A stretch of 63,953 bases of DNA, the filler included, from Rhabdomonas costata (taxonomy: Eukaryota): assembly GCA_019059605.1 (NCBI GenBank). It is 35 parts of 35 records of this genome, joined end to end, with 100 filler letters (N's around TTAATTAATTAA, not from the genome) between each part and the next. Parts side by side here need not be neighbours in the genome. Positions count along the whole stretch, not along the records: positions 1 to 1,733 come from JAHMHO010009926.1; positions 1,834 to 3,564 come from JAHMHO010009927.1; positions 3,665 to 5,396 come from JAHMHO010009928.1; positions 5,497 to 7,227 come from JAHMHO010009929.1; positions 7,328 to 9,058 come from JAHMHO010009930.1; positions 9,159 to 10,889 come from JAHMHO010009931.1; positions 10,990 to 12,720 come from JAHMHO010009932.1; 28 more parts are not named here. The stretch is one strand, 5' to 3'. The translations under genes and the position numbers were made by a program. The stretch's first letter is position 1, and every line of letters starts with the position of its first letter. Positions 1 through 11,538 of this stretch are shown piece after piece. Under the pieces are notes generated by a model. The model was not told where the DNA came from, did no database searches, and was given only the letters and a program-made list of their open reading frames with translations.

Positions 1-429
1 AGGTGCCGTTGGAGCGGACGGTGCCGTGGGGAACCGAAACCGGCTCACCGCCGAACGTACCACATCTGGTGACCTCCCTTCCACCCCACTGGTCCCGGGC
101 CATTGTCGCGCTGCTCTTTTCCAGCGGTTACCTGCATTGCGCCGTTGCCGCTCAGGTCTCTGCGACTCCGCACTCCTTTCTTGGGGGGCTGGGGCCTTTT
201 CTCGTGGGAACGACCCTTGGAACTTTTTCGGATGGGTGAACCGGCAGCACCGGTATCCTCAGGCGTTGTGCCAGCACATTACTCTATAGCTGCGCTGCGG
301 CCTAACGGGAATCGACAATACTCGCAGATGCACCAGGGCAAAGAGTCAGTGAGGCAAGGTACAGGAGGTTCAGCGGAAGAGGGCTTCCCGTTGGTGGTCA
401 CTGTGTGTGTGCGTGTGTGTTTGTCGGGC

Positions 430-430
<1 letters not shown>

Positions 431-462
<32 letters not shown>
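431..462. repeat. (CA)n microsatellite at an intron 5' end
   Basis: Perfect AC run, directly visible. Confidence 0.95.
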
Positions 463-463
<1 letters not shown>

Positions 464-1590
464 AATGGCATTGTGGGAGAGGTCCAAGGTGTGAAGGCTG
501 CTGTTCTTGAGAAGAAAACACGCCAGCGCCCGCGTGGCGCCGAAGGTGAGGCAATTGTCCCGCACAGAGAGCCCAAGCAAGGTGTTGCTGCGGAAGAGGG
601 CCTGAAAAAAAGCGAACAAATTCCATGGCGACACCCCCACAATTCTTCACCAAACCATCCATGTTGCTGATGGCTGCTTCTTTTCAAGTATGCTCTCTGT
701 CATAGCGTTTAAGATGCACTTCACAGAAAGAGAAGAAACAGAGATGATGGAGAAAAGCACGTACCACCGTGAAGGCTTCCACTCCGGCATCGGTGAGTTT
801 GTTGTGGCCGAGGTCCACGTACTGAATCGTGCGGTTGTGTCGGAGGGCCAGGGAAAGGTGGGTGGCCTGTGGTGGTGGTGGTGGTGGCAGCGGGATTGGC
901 ACACATCACAAGCGGACACATAATCAATTAGCCCTCCATCATTGGACTTCACACGCTCTTTTCAGAAACACGCCACGAGAGACGCGAAAGGACTGCAAAT
1001 CAGACCGCGGACACAAAGCGGCAAAAAAAAAGAAGAAAAAGGGATTCCCGATCCGACATTTCCTGCGAAGTGACAGCACTTACACAGTTCTTGCGTGAAC
1101 GGGGGACAGAAATCGTCCTGCACGCTGGAATCGCTGCGCTTCAATCACTGCGTTCTACTGCGCTCACTGTACTCGCTTCACTGACTGATTCATTAGAGCA
1201 CCCACCACAGGAATAATGGAGGGGCAAAGAGAAAAGAACTGGCTCAGATTCCTACGAGGCTGAATCCACTTTTCTTATAGCGGTCTTAGGCACATCAGGG
1301 TCGATACCGAATCGGGCACCTGCCGCCAAAAAGTACACCAAGGACATTTGCAGAGATATGGACACCTGCTCCGCATGTAAGCCAACGCCAACAAGCTCCA
1401 GCCGGGACAGCCCTGCTGCAGGATCGCTGCGCAGCGCGGCCGCCCAGGCCTGGGTTTGGGTTGGAAACAGGGAGAAAACCTGCTCCGATCGCGCTGCGAG
1501 CTTCACCCCTTGCGAATCCTCTCGCGAGTATATTCCAGCCGGCTCGTATCCCCTGAATCGCGGCTGCTTCGGGAGCGAACTTTCTTCCAT
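463..1590 (-). CDS. Leucine-rich repeat protein (RI-like/NLRC3-like LRRs), partial, multi-exon
   Basis: GT-AG exons ~1590-1480, 1449-1366, 866-765 and 601-463 join in frame: ...LSRLELVGVGLHAEQ|ATHLSLALRHNRTIQYVDLGHNKLTDAGVEAFTV|ALFRSNTLLGLSVRDNCLTFGATRALACFLLKNSSLHTLDLSHNAI. These show the LxxLdLxxNxI pattern. Confidence 0.85.
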
Positions 1591-1733
1591 TCAAAGGGGA
1601 TGATGGCCGGTTTCCAACGGTGCAATGGCGGAGCCTGGAAAAATCTCTCGGCCACCTCTCCCCAGGTGCCTTCAGTCCAGCACTGCCAGCGGAAGAATTA
1701 TCGATCCGTCTGTTCAAGTCCTTCCCAACAACA

Positions 1734-1833
1734 NNNNNNNNNNNNNNNNNNNNNNNNNNNNNNNNNNNNNNNNNNNNTTAATTAATTAANNNNNNNNNNN
1801 NNNNNNNNNNNNNNNNNNNNNNNNNNNNNNNNN
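1734..1833. other. Artificial contig spacer (N-run + TTAATTAATTAA + N-run); first of 34 such spacers, about every 1.83 kb
   Basis: The same linker, with stop codons in all six frames and flanked by Ns, recurs throughout. Flanking contigs are unrelated and all about 1.73 kb long. Confidence 0.99.
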
Positions 1834-1873
1834 GGTGGGGTTGTTGGAAGATTGTCTGCCCACTTGAACAGAG

Positions 1874-2139
1874 GTATTTTAACTTACATGAGGTTAGGTT
1901 ACTGAAACAAGCACCCTCGAAAGGAGATGACCTGTGTCAGTGAGTATTGTTGGTTTGCACTTCAAATCTGGAGTTGGCTAAGAACTAGCCTATGAATGGG
2001 ATATGGGATAGGGCGGACGAGCAGGACAGTTTGGGGCGACAGCGACGCGGTGGCCGTTGCGGGCGGCTGACGTGACCTGGGAGGCCTTCAACAACTCTTA
2101 CAAAGCATTTTCCTTTAGGAAAATTGTTACCCCCCCCCC
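1874..2139 (+). mobile_element. Dispersed repeat, copy A (MITE-like family ending in GTTAC-C(n))
   Basis: Aligns by eye with 5615-5892, e.g. tgagtattgttggtttgcacttcaaatctgg vs tgagtattcttagtttgcacgtcaaatctgg, and gggcggacgagcaggacag vs gggcggacgagtaggacag. Confidence 0.8.
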
Positions 2140-2692
2140 TACGTCAATGCCCCCGATTGAATCTCTGTACTGAATACGTTTGCATAGTTGCATAGTATGG
2201 AGGTTTCTCATCGGTACTTAACTTTGACTTTGCCCTTGTGACCTTGCCCCTTTTGTGCAGTACCAGTCTGTCTGCCTCGCCGTCGCTAGTTTGTTGGGGT
2301 GAACCCTAGACCTCTTTGCCCATAGACCTTTTCTCTCCGCGCAGTTGTTGTCTTCGTAGTCATCTCCCGAGTGTGCATAGTGTTTTGTGCATTCACAATA
2401 CCTCCAGCCCCGCCACCCTGCCTTTGCACCCTTCTGTTCAAGAATCAGTCCCATCACCCAGAATCATTTCCGGTGCACGACCTGGGCTGCGAGTACCCGA
2501 ACACCACAGAGTCCCCGGCGTTTTGGTTTGGTTTTCAACTCGCAGTAGGAGGGAGGATGAGCTGACTTTGTGTCTCTTCTGTGCACGCGGCTGCCTGTGT
2601 TCGCTCAGCCCTCCAAGGTGAGCATGCTGGGCGGGTTCCTCCAGCGCTGCTCCCCTGTGCTCAACCGGTTTGGACGCCGGGGGACTCAGACA

Positions 2693-3550
2693 ATGGATCC
2701 TTCGGAGTCCTTCGCCCGGCCCACTCGGTTCACGGCGGAGTTCACCGAAATTGTCAACCTGGGCAAAGGAAGCTTCGGTGTGCGGGAAGCCCATTTGTGA
2801 CTCCATCCCCGCGGAACAGAAAAGACATCTTCGTGCATCCTCGACCTTGCTGCTGCGCACCACCCATCCGCCCCAATCTCACATCCACGCGGTTTCTTCA
2901 GTTTCTGTATCACATCCTCCTCCACCTCCTCAACTCCCCTGTTATGCCTACTCGTGGGCATCCCCTATCCCCGCCCCATATTTTCCCTTCCTCCCCTTTT
3001 TTCTTTAAGCCTCTGTTCTTTTTGGGGGACTGTTGACGCTGGAGATGCTGTCTCATGCACGTTGTGCACACGCAGTTGTAGTTGCAGCGTTTTTATTATG
3101 AGTTGCGCACTACTAAAATATAAAGCCGCCAGTAGCGTGATCCATCAGAAAAAAATATCCCCATCTATCACTGGTTTTTGTAGTTTTCGTACTTGGATGG
3201 GAAAGGGTGGCAGGACGGGTGGGGTGGTGGGCAGGCGTTGTCAGCGCGGCGAAGAGCAAGCTGGACGGGCAGATGTACGCGGTGAAGCAGGTCTACCACC
3301 GAGAGGACATGTATGGGCAACCCCCGATCCTTCCTTCCCATATCTCTTGCTTTCCCTGCCCACATACTTTCGGTCATACGAGTATTTAAGATCGATGATC
3401 GCATTGTTCACTGCAACTTTTTGCAAAGCATGCGTTGTGTGTGGTAACTGAGACGAAAATCGAAAATGGACGGGGGGGGGGCTGCAGGTCCACCCGAGCC
3501 GGAGAAGCCCAAGTCCTGGCCGCGTGCTGCGGGCACCCCAACATTGTTCG
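2693..3550 (+). CDS. Protein kinase N-lobe, eIF2-alpha kinase (PEK)/Wee1-like, 5' part
   Basis: Exons 2693-2777, 3235-3310 and 3488-3550 give MDPSESFARPTRFTAEFTEIVNLGKGSFGVVSAAKSKLDGQMYAVKQVYHREDMSTRAGEAQVLAACCGHPNIVR. This contains the GxGxFG loop, YAVK and HPNIVR; RF..EF and KLDG..YAVK are typical of PEK kinases. Confidence 0.88.
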
Positions 3551-3663
3551 GTAAATTCGCACTTNNNNNNNNNNNNNNNNNNNNNNNNNNNNNNNNNNNN
3601 NNNNNNNNTTAATTAATTAANNNNNNNNNNNNNNNNNNNNNNNNNNNNNNNNNNNNNNNNNNN

Positions 3664-5309
3664 NGAGGGCCCACCGGACCAGAACCCCATCGCTTCGTCC
3701 TCCTCACCCTGACGGCAAGAAAGCAGACCTAAGACCTAGCAAAGAACAGGAGCCACCCCATAATTTTTTTGCTTATAGTTGGAGTGACGAAAAAGCACTG
3801 CGGTGAATTCCTCCATTTCACATAAACCATATAACGTGTGCACTGCGCGTTTATAGAACACAGCAGCACAAGTCGCCCGATCTGTATCAGGACATAAAAG
3901 CGTATCCCGAAACGTTGACATATATAAACTTCAGTCCATCCTTCCAAAGATGACAAACCCCTCGCAGGAAGGCGGCAATGTGTGTCTGAAGCAAGTCAGG
4001 TAACGCCAACAACCGACTCATCAACTCATCAACAAGAGTGCTTGGGAAGGTTGCGTGTCGCGGGAGCCGATCAAATGAGTTCAGTTCAGCACAGTTCAGT
4101 TCAGTTCTGGTCGGGAACCAACCTCCACCGATTATCGATGGGGACGGAGTTATTCATTCCAATTCGAAGGGAAACAAAAAGAAGGCTAACCATGGGCTGG
4201 CCAGAAGATGAGTCCTGGAAGTCCGTAAAGATGGAGTCGAACGTCTCGCAAAGCACCTGCCGAGAGGAGGAAAAGGAAAGACGACAAAAACAACACGCAA
4301 TGACATTGTTGTGATGCATTTCAGGCAAAAAAACGCATTTGCATGCATGAACACACGACCCTCAATTCAGGGAAAAACAAGTCAGAAAAAAGATACATAT
4401 TTTAGGAAACCAGATGTACTCAATTCTCCAAATGAGCACTTAAATGGCGCTCCTTCCTGAAGGAGAAAAGGCTTTGCTGGGGTTCAAAGCTTTCAATATG
4501 CACACACAGATGTACAGAATATCCACAGATGTCTATGGCATCACAGTATGACCCCGTCAGCATTAAGATGCGAAAAGAAAAAAGGGCGTCAACTCCCCCC
4601 CCCCGTGCTTCCCACACCTGAAGGATACTCAGTGTGGACAGCTTCGTCCAGACTTCGGTGGAGCGCTTCCCGGAGAGAAGCGATGAGAGGATGAAAAGAA
4701 CCTCGCTCTGGCAGCTCACAATGGACAGGGCGCGGGCTTCATCCCCTGCGCCAATCACCCCCATTATAGCATACGCAGCACGCCAGCACGCCACGGTTTG
4801 CTCCGTGTCACCTCAAAAGTAACAGGCATGAATAAGATCCCTGAAGAGTTCGAAAAACAAGCACAACCGATATGCAGTGAGTGATGTGCAGTTTTTTCGC
4901 CACCCTAAAACGACTGATTTAGTGCACACTTTTTAAGTTGTAACTTTTCGAGGTGACACGTATACTTAAGTGCTGAGCAGAGACAACAAAAACTACAATA
5001 CAATTGCAATGCGAATTAAAGGACGTGTGGATGGAGACAGATTCCAGCGAAATAGAGCGTCCCCACGCTCCAGCATGTGGATTCATCTCATTCAACGGCG
5101 AGATTTCACAGCAAAAGCAATTTTCGGGGGTCACGGAAACATGCCGGGCAAGACCTTGCACCCGGAAGGGCAGCCTTCGTGTGGATACTAGGCAGGACCC
5201 GATGCAATACTTGGCATGGTCACAGATAGGGGGGCAAGGCGTGGTACCGAAAATGCCCCCGTACAGGGCGTCGTCCAGCGTGGAGGAGAACCTCGCGTCA
5301 GATACGTAA
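3664..5309 (-). CDS. TRPC4AP/TRUSS-like protein, internal exons
   Basis: Exons 5309-5248, 4745-4618, 4256-4191 and ~3708-3664 are phase-compatible. SEVLFILSSLLSGKRSTEVWTKLSTLSILQ|VLCETFDSIF resembles the TRPC4AP segment EVLYVLCVLLMGRQR...LFDKLIW (recalled from memory). Confidence 0.6.
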
Positions 5310-5508
5310 CTGTAGCGGGGACCAGCTGACCCGAAGATGGGTGCCTCCTACACGCCACACATCCGCACGCACACGGATAGGCACAAACCACGGACANNNN
5401 NNNNNNNNNNNNNNNNNNNNNNNNNNNNNNNNNNNNNNNNTTAATTAATTAANNNNNNNNNNNNNNNNNNNNNNNNNNNNNNNNNNNNNNNNNNNNGGGG
5501 GGGTTTGT

Positions 5509-5901
5509 GGCGACGGTTACCAGTCACAACCCCTACCAATGGTAACCGTTACTAGTTTATTTATCTTGCAAAAAGTAGCAAAAGGTAGCCGATGCAATCA
5601 CCTTTAAAATGACTGTATTTTACTGGAAGGGGGTTAGTGACCTGGGCCAATGCCCCCCCCCATAGATGAGTATTCTTAGTTTGCACGTCAAATCTGGTGC
5701 TGGCTGAGGACTAACCTATGGCTGGGATATGGGCGGACGAGTAGGACAGCATTAAGAGCAAAGGTCAGTCCGCGTCGCGGCCGGAGCGGGCGGCTGGGCC
5801 GGGATCGGGGGGCCTTTACCCACTTATAATGTTGTTCATGAGGATAAATTGTTACTAGTTGTAACTAGTTGTTACTAGTGGTCACCGTTACCTTCCCTCC
5901 C
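5509..5901 (+). mobile_element. Dispersed repeat, copy B; MITE-like with imperfect terminal inverted repeats
   Basis: The left end ggcgacggttaccagtcacaac resembles the reverse complement of the right end, ggtaacggtgaccactagtaacaac. The interior is homologous to 1874-2139 and there is no convincing ORF. Confidence 0.7.
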
Positions 5902-6386
5902 AACGTCAGTTGCACCGGAAGTTCTGGTCAAACGATGGCTTGGCAGACTTTTTTCCAACTTCCTTCGCTCGTCCAGTCCGGCCTTTATTATGACTCTGAA
6001 GGGTCTCTTCAGCTACGCTTCTTCTTGACATCTTCTGATCACACAATCTGATCACCCGGTCCTGAGACGGGTTTTCGGACCATCTACAAACGTGCATACA
6101 TGCGCCCACATTCTTATCGCTGGGACTGACATACAATCGGTCATCCCGGTCATCCCGTTGTGTCCTCCTCCAGCACAATAACATCTCTGAAGCTCAGCAC
6201 TTCACCACCACCCAGGGCTTTCAGGGGCAAACCCAGGATGGTGGCCAAACAATGCCAAAGTCACCCCACACACTTATACGTACCCACCACTGTTTTGGGC
6301 ACACAGATATGATGACTCTTGACGAGAGGGGGTTGGTTGGTTGGGCGGACATATGCGTGAAAAAAAAAAGGGAAGCCGTTGGCCAC

Positions 6387-7227
6387 CTTGGGCCGGAACT
6401 CCACGTTCTTCAGCATCCGCTCCACCTGGTCCGGGGTGTAGCGGCCCACCCTTTCCTCCTTCTTCCCCTTCTCCGCGGGAATATACACCTACCACGACCG
6501 ACACCAAGCACAGCCAGGCAAACACCTCACGAACGAGCAACTTCAAGCGATTCAATGGGTTCCATGGGCCGAGGCGAGGAAACAAACAAACAAATTATTA
6601 TTATTATTTTTTTTTGCAAAAATGGAAGCGGAGGCCGAGGACGACCCACCAGGTGGAAAGCCCTTCCGTGGCGCATTAGGATAACAACACTCTTTGCCCA
6701 AAATGCGAGGTAGCACGCATGGCATACGCTGTCCCCTTCCTCATAATTCACGTGGTCTGGGATCTGCAGAAGCAGCTTCCTCAGGCCCCATAGCCCCCCC
6801 GTCGTGGGGGGGGGGCGTCTTCCAGAAATCCACAGACGGGGTTCCTTCGCTCTCGTGCTCTACACATATTTCTGGCAATGCATTTGGCACAGGGATGTTC
6901 CTGGGCCTCAAGTGTCGGGTGTGGTGTGGTATTTTACAAAGTGAGCGGTGGTGTCTGACGTGACAGACCCACGGGTCCACGGGCCAATGAGAGACTCAGC
7001 CAATTCCGCAGGTGAACAACCCACTCCCACCACCTAAGTGGCAAATTGGGGATTGCGGAGATGCTCATCGTGATTACCAACCCCTCGTCGTCTCACTCCC
7101 GACCAGCTTTGCACCCCCCTCCTCCGTTTCCCCGCAAAAAAAAGTCTCAAAACCTTCCGGGCAACGGCCTCGGAGACCTCTCGCAGCAGCTTGCTCTCGC
7201 CCTGCACGTGCTCACGGCGGTCCGCCT
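6387..7227 (-). CDS. Uncharacterised protein, internal exons
   Basis: GC3-rich exons 7227-7154 (ADRREHVQGESKLLREVSEAVARK|GT) and 6488-~6387 (AG|VYIPAEKGKKEERVGRYTPDQVERMLKNVEFRPK). Confidence 0.55.
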
Positions 7228-8435
7228 NNNNNNNNNNNNNNNNNNNNNNNNNNNNNNNNNNNNNNNNNNNNTTAATTAATTAANNNNNNNNNNNNNNNNN
7301 NNNNNNNNNNNNNNNNNNNNNNNNNNNTATCATCGCAGAGAGAGTGAAGAGGGATGTTTGACCAGCCTGTCCACAACAGAGCAGATGAAGAAAACGGATG
7401 TAAGCCGGCATTGTGGTGCGTTCCAAGAACTTCAAGTGGAAATATGGGGCTGAATTTCTGTACTTGTGACTTATAATTTACTTATTCTGTTTTTCTTCCC
7501 CCTTTTTTTTTAGACAAAATTGCCAACCCATCATTGGGAGAATGTCTTCCTCCGGGTCGCTTTTTCATCTTAAGCTGTCGCCAGTGCTGAGCTGAAGAAC
7601 GAGAGTACCCTTGCCAAGCATATCCATCAAAATAAAACAAGAAGCTTATCATATTTCTTTTCCAGCCCTACCCTGTACCTTACCATAATATCACCCCCTC
7701 CTCGGCGTGAGCAGCACCTCTATCTTTTCTGCCTATCTTCTCAGTGTGGCGACAACAAAAGGAAAAGGCGGGGAGCGAAGTCACATCCTGTGAAGGAGAG
7801 GTCAATACATGGAACCAACGAACCTACACAGCACTGTTCTTGCTATTCTGTTGTATTCGACAATGGTCCACGTCTTGCGCGGTGAGGCGATATGCCTTAG
7901 CCTACACTTACGTGGGTAAGGTCCCGAAATATGAGTGTTTGTTTCAGAGGATATGCACAGGTTTTGTTGTGTGGTGAATGGTGAATGCATCCCTGATTAA
8001 TCTTTTCTGCTCAGATCAGCTCATTCTCTTTTCGACACCTTTTAGTGTTTTTGAGTCATTGGTCCTTTCTGATTTGTTCTCATGCCTTGCTTGTTTGAAA
8101 TTTATCCCTTCTCTGCTACTGTACATCACGTTTTTGCTTCGCGCTGCTGCACACGGGGGGCTTTTCAGGGCCTACCGCTCATGCAACCCTGCAGTCCTTC
8201 AGTCAGGCGCGACAGGGTGTCGATTGCCGTGGCGAGTGCCTTTCTGATTTGCCCCGTGACGTTCCGAGAATTAAATTCGTCACAGTGAACTTTATAACAA
8301 ACGCTGCAGAACATAAAAAAAAATTGAAATTCGTCTCAACGATTGTCACAAGAGGTGGGATATTTGGCTGAAACTGAAGCCCCCAGCAGAGGTCCATAAC
8401 AGTCAACCCGGTAGCGAGATCCGTCGAAGTGCAAG

Positions 8436-8609
8436 ATGGAGCCCCCACCCGCCGCAACTGTGTGGATCTGTGCCAGGAGGGCTCTATTCTTGACGCGTTC
8501 CAAAGAAGTCAGGGCCATTGATTCCAATGTGCAGCTGATGGGAGACGCCTTTTCGCTGTGCAGTGGCCCTTTCGCCCTTTTCGCGAGGCTTCCTCCAGAG
8601 GTGCTGAGG
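8436..8609 (+). CDS. Possible F-box protein exon
   Basis: The ORF ends FARLPPEVLR followed by a GTGTGAG donor. xxLPxEvL is the start of an F-box motif. Confidence 0.35.
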
Positions 8610-9158
8610 TGTGAGTGCGTAGCGCGGATCACGGTTCGGTTGCGTTAAGGAGATATCGCTGGCCGTTTTTTTTGTTTGCGGCGTCGGATCTTTCGGATCA
8701 CTGCCTGTGCCATACCGTTTTTTGTCTTTCGTTGGTTGGCAAGGCTCGGTTTGCTTGGACCAAGATGGCAGGAGAACAGTTGGCCGTTTAAAACGTTGCG
8801 AATAGCCCTTTGCATCTCTGCAAAGTTGTACGGCAAGCGTGAATTTGCCAGGCTGCATGGAAGGATGCTACTTTATTCCCACCCCACGGATTTGCGTCCA
8901 GCAGTGCAGTTTAGGGATTCCTGAGCTTTTGGGCGTTGACGTGGTCGCTCCCGCTGACGCCCTGCCCTCCCGTGGACTTCTTTTCTTGGAATTTATCGTG
9001 GCATATGGTGCCCTTGACTTGAGTGAATTTGGTGTGCCAAAAGGTGTAACCAACCCCCNNNNNNNNNNNNNNNNNNNNNNNNNNNNNNNNNNNNNNNNNN
9101 NNTTAATTAATTAANNNNNNNNNNNNNNNNNNNNNNNNNNNNNNNNNNNNNNNNNNNN

Positions 9159-10889
9159 GGGTTTGGGGTATCAGCATCTTCTCTTACATCCATTGGTGAG
9201 GGAGCGTACCGGGTACCGGGGAGCGACCGAACAACGCATCTAGGAGGAACGAAGGAGCGTAGCGACTGAGTGACGACAGCCATACACCCCCTTGCGGGCA
9301 TTTTACCATCTATGCATTCTCTACACGTGTCACTCCTCTCCACTCCCCCGCCATAAGGCGGTCCGTGTCACTCCGTCCGGGCGTAGCCACAGCCAATACC
9401 CTTAGCATGTGAGGTGAGGTCTCGTAACCGGGTAGCGGTGAAGAGACCGAACCACTGCATGTAGGGAGTATGCGAAGGCACTGAGCATACGACCAGGCAT
9501 CTTCTTTCACCCCACTCTCAATCCCCCTGTGCCTCAGCCCCTCAGTGCATCTTAGGCATGAAGGCATGAGTGCGTAGCGGTCATGCCGTAATAGCATCAA
9601 GGCATCCCTTTTACCCTTTACCCCTACATTAGACCCAGCGCGTAGCGGTGGAGGAGGCGTAGCCGACACGTTAAGGCATCTTCTTCTATCTTCAGCATCT
9701 AGGAGGAAGGATGACGACCGCAGGGAGGCATCCTGACGACATCAAGAACCCTTCTTCTGAGTTAGAGGCTCCCCGTCGGGTCGCATCCCTCCTGTCGGCC
9801 CTTCGCCCCCCACCCTAAGGTGGTACGCTCAGTCCCTCCACCCTTCAACTCATCAGGTATACGTGTCACTTCGCACCCTTCCACCACCTTAAGGATGCTT
9901 ACAGGGTGCTCCGTCCGGGCGTAGCCACAGAGGAAGATACCGGTAGAGGTTTACGCATTGACTCAAGAAGGCATTCTTACACACTCTTAGAATGCATAGA
10001 AGGGTAAAGGCATGCATCTTGAAGGCCCCTGGTACACGAAGCATGGGTGCGTCAGCGAGCCATGCGTAGTAGAGGGTAAGTGTCTGCGAGTCGAGGAAGG
10101 GAATGCATCGGGTATCTTGCATCTTTGGGTTTCATCTTCAACCCTCATAGTCATGCTGAGTTACTGCATTCTTCACTCATAGTCATGCTGATACCCATAG
10201 CCTCACGAACCCCTCACACCTCAACCCCCAACCTCCACACCATGACCCTCAGAAACGCAAGAAGCAAGAACCCTACGCCAACACTCACTGACACACAGAA
10301 GCACTGTAGAAGCACTGACATCGACACACACAGAATGCAGAAACCCTGACACCCCTCACCACGAAATCCTGACGCCACGAACCCCAGAACCCAAGACGTG
10401 AACCCAACACACACAAACGCAGTAGAAGCATTGACACAGAACGCATGAACCCATGAACCCACAGACCGTAAAACCACCACGACCCTCCGAAACAAGCACG
10501 CAAGAACACGAAGCCTCTGACACACACATGACACCGTAGTACTCAGCTTGACATGGACACCCTAACCCACTGACTCCGACACACCAACCCCAGACAACCC
10601 TACGCCACGAGAACCCCACTGTCGGGATTCTCACGTCCTCTCGAATCCCTCCCATACATTAACCCCACCTGTCACTCCGTTCCACTCCCCGCCATTAGGC
10701 GGTACGTGTCACTCCGTCCGGGCGTAGCCACAGGGAACCCCTCAGAATGTGAGGGCTTAAGGTCACGAAGTATGGGTGGGTAAGCGAGCCATCCGTAGTA
10801 GAAGGCACCTGCTGTAGGAAGCATAAAGGCATGAGGGTTGAGGCATGAAGGTGGAATGCATCTGGGTTTCTCTCTCTAGGGGTCTCTTT
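9159..10889. repeat. Non-coding, hairpin-rich contig with repeated conserved blocks (9328-9392, 10670-10733, partial 9909-9930) and an A/C-rich degenerate repeat array (~10190-10620)
   Basis: Direct repeats are visible, GCGTAGC occurs seven times on the + strand, and there is no exon-like or intron-like sequence. Confidence 0.85.
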
Positions 10890-11538
10890 NNNNNNNNNNN
10901 NNNNNNNNNNNNNNNNNNNNNNNNNNNNNNNNNTTAATTAATTAANNNNNNNNNNNNNNNNNNNNNNNNNNNNNNNNNNNNNNNNNNNNCCGAGAAACAA
11001 GTGCCTCAGACCCTTCGAGGCACTCTTCGGGATGGGGCAGGGTTCTGGTGACCACTGGTAACCGCACAGGGCTGTCGGTGACGCTGCTGAACGGTGGTGT
11101 TATGACGTGTTGAAATCCCTGACTGGCCCATATTGGCTCCGCAGACTTTTAGCCACAGCCCTATCATCGCGTTTTAATATTTTGTTTGGCTGCTGCCTCA
11201 CCACCTCACGGTTCCTTCCCCTCCCTCTATCCATCCATCCAGCAAATCAGAGCACCAAGGACGGCTCGAATGCCGCACGTGAGACTCAGATTATGCCCCC
11301 CCCCCCTGAAACTTTCCTCGTTTTCGATTCCGATACTGTGGTCAAGTGGACATCTGAACTCTTTACCGGAATTTGATTCTTCTCTTTTGTGTTGCCCACG
11401 ATTCCACACTCATCACGCACACACTCTCCCCCTTGCTTCTTTCTGCTGAATTCCTATGTATGCCGTGTTGCAGCGGCGCATTTGTTATTCTCCTTCTCTT
11501 TATAATTGGAGCAACTGTTTTTTCCTTGCGCTTTTCCC

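Noticed and set aside
1778-1789. Regularly spaced TTAATTAATTAA as a biological repeat or CRISPR-like array
   Set aside because: It is always embedded in N-runs between unrelated contigs and is a six-frame-stop concatenation linker.
1834-1848. G/T-rich contig ends as telomeres of nanochromosomes
   Set aside because: There is no constant repeat unit and genes are cut mid-exon or mid-intron, so primer remnants explain them better.
10214-10655. Hydrophobic minus-strand ORFs as a mitochondrial membrane-protein gene
   Set aside because: All three frames are similarly open because of G/T skew, and I found no recognisable cox/cob/nad motif even with TGA=Trp.
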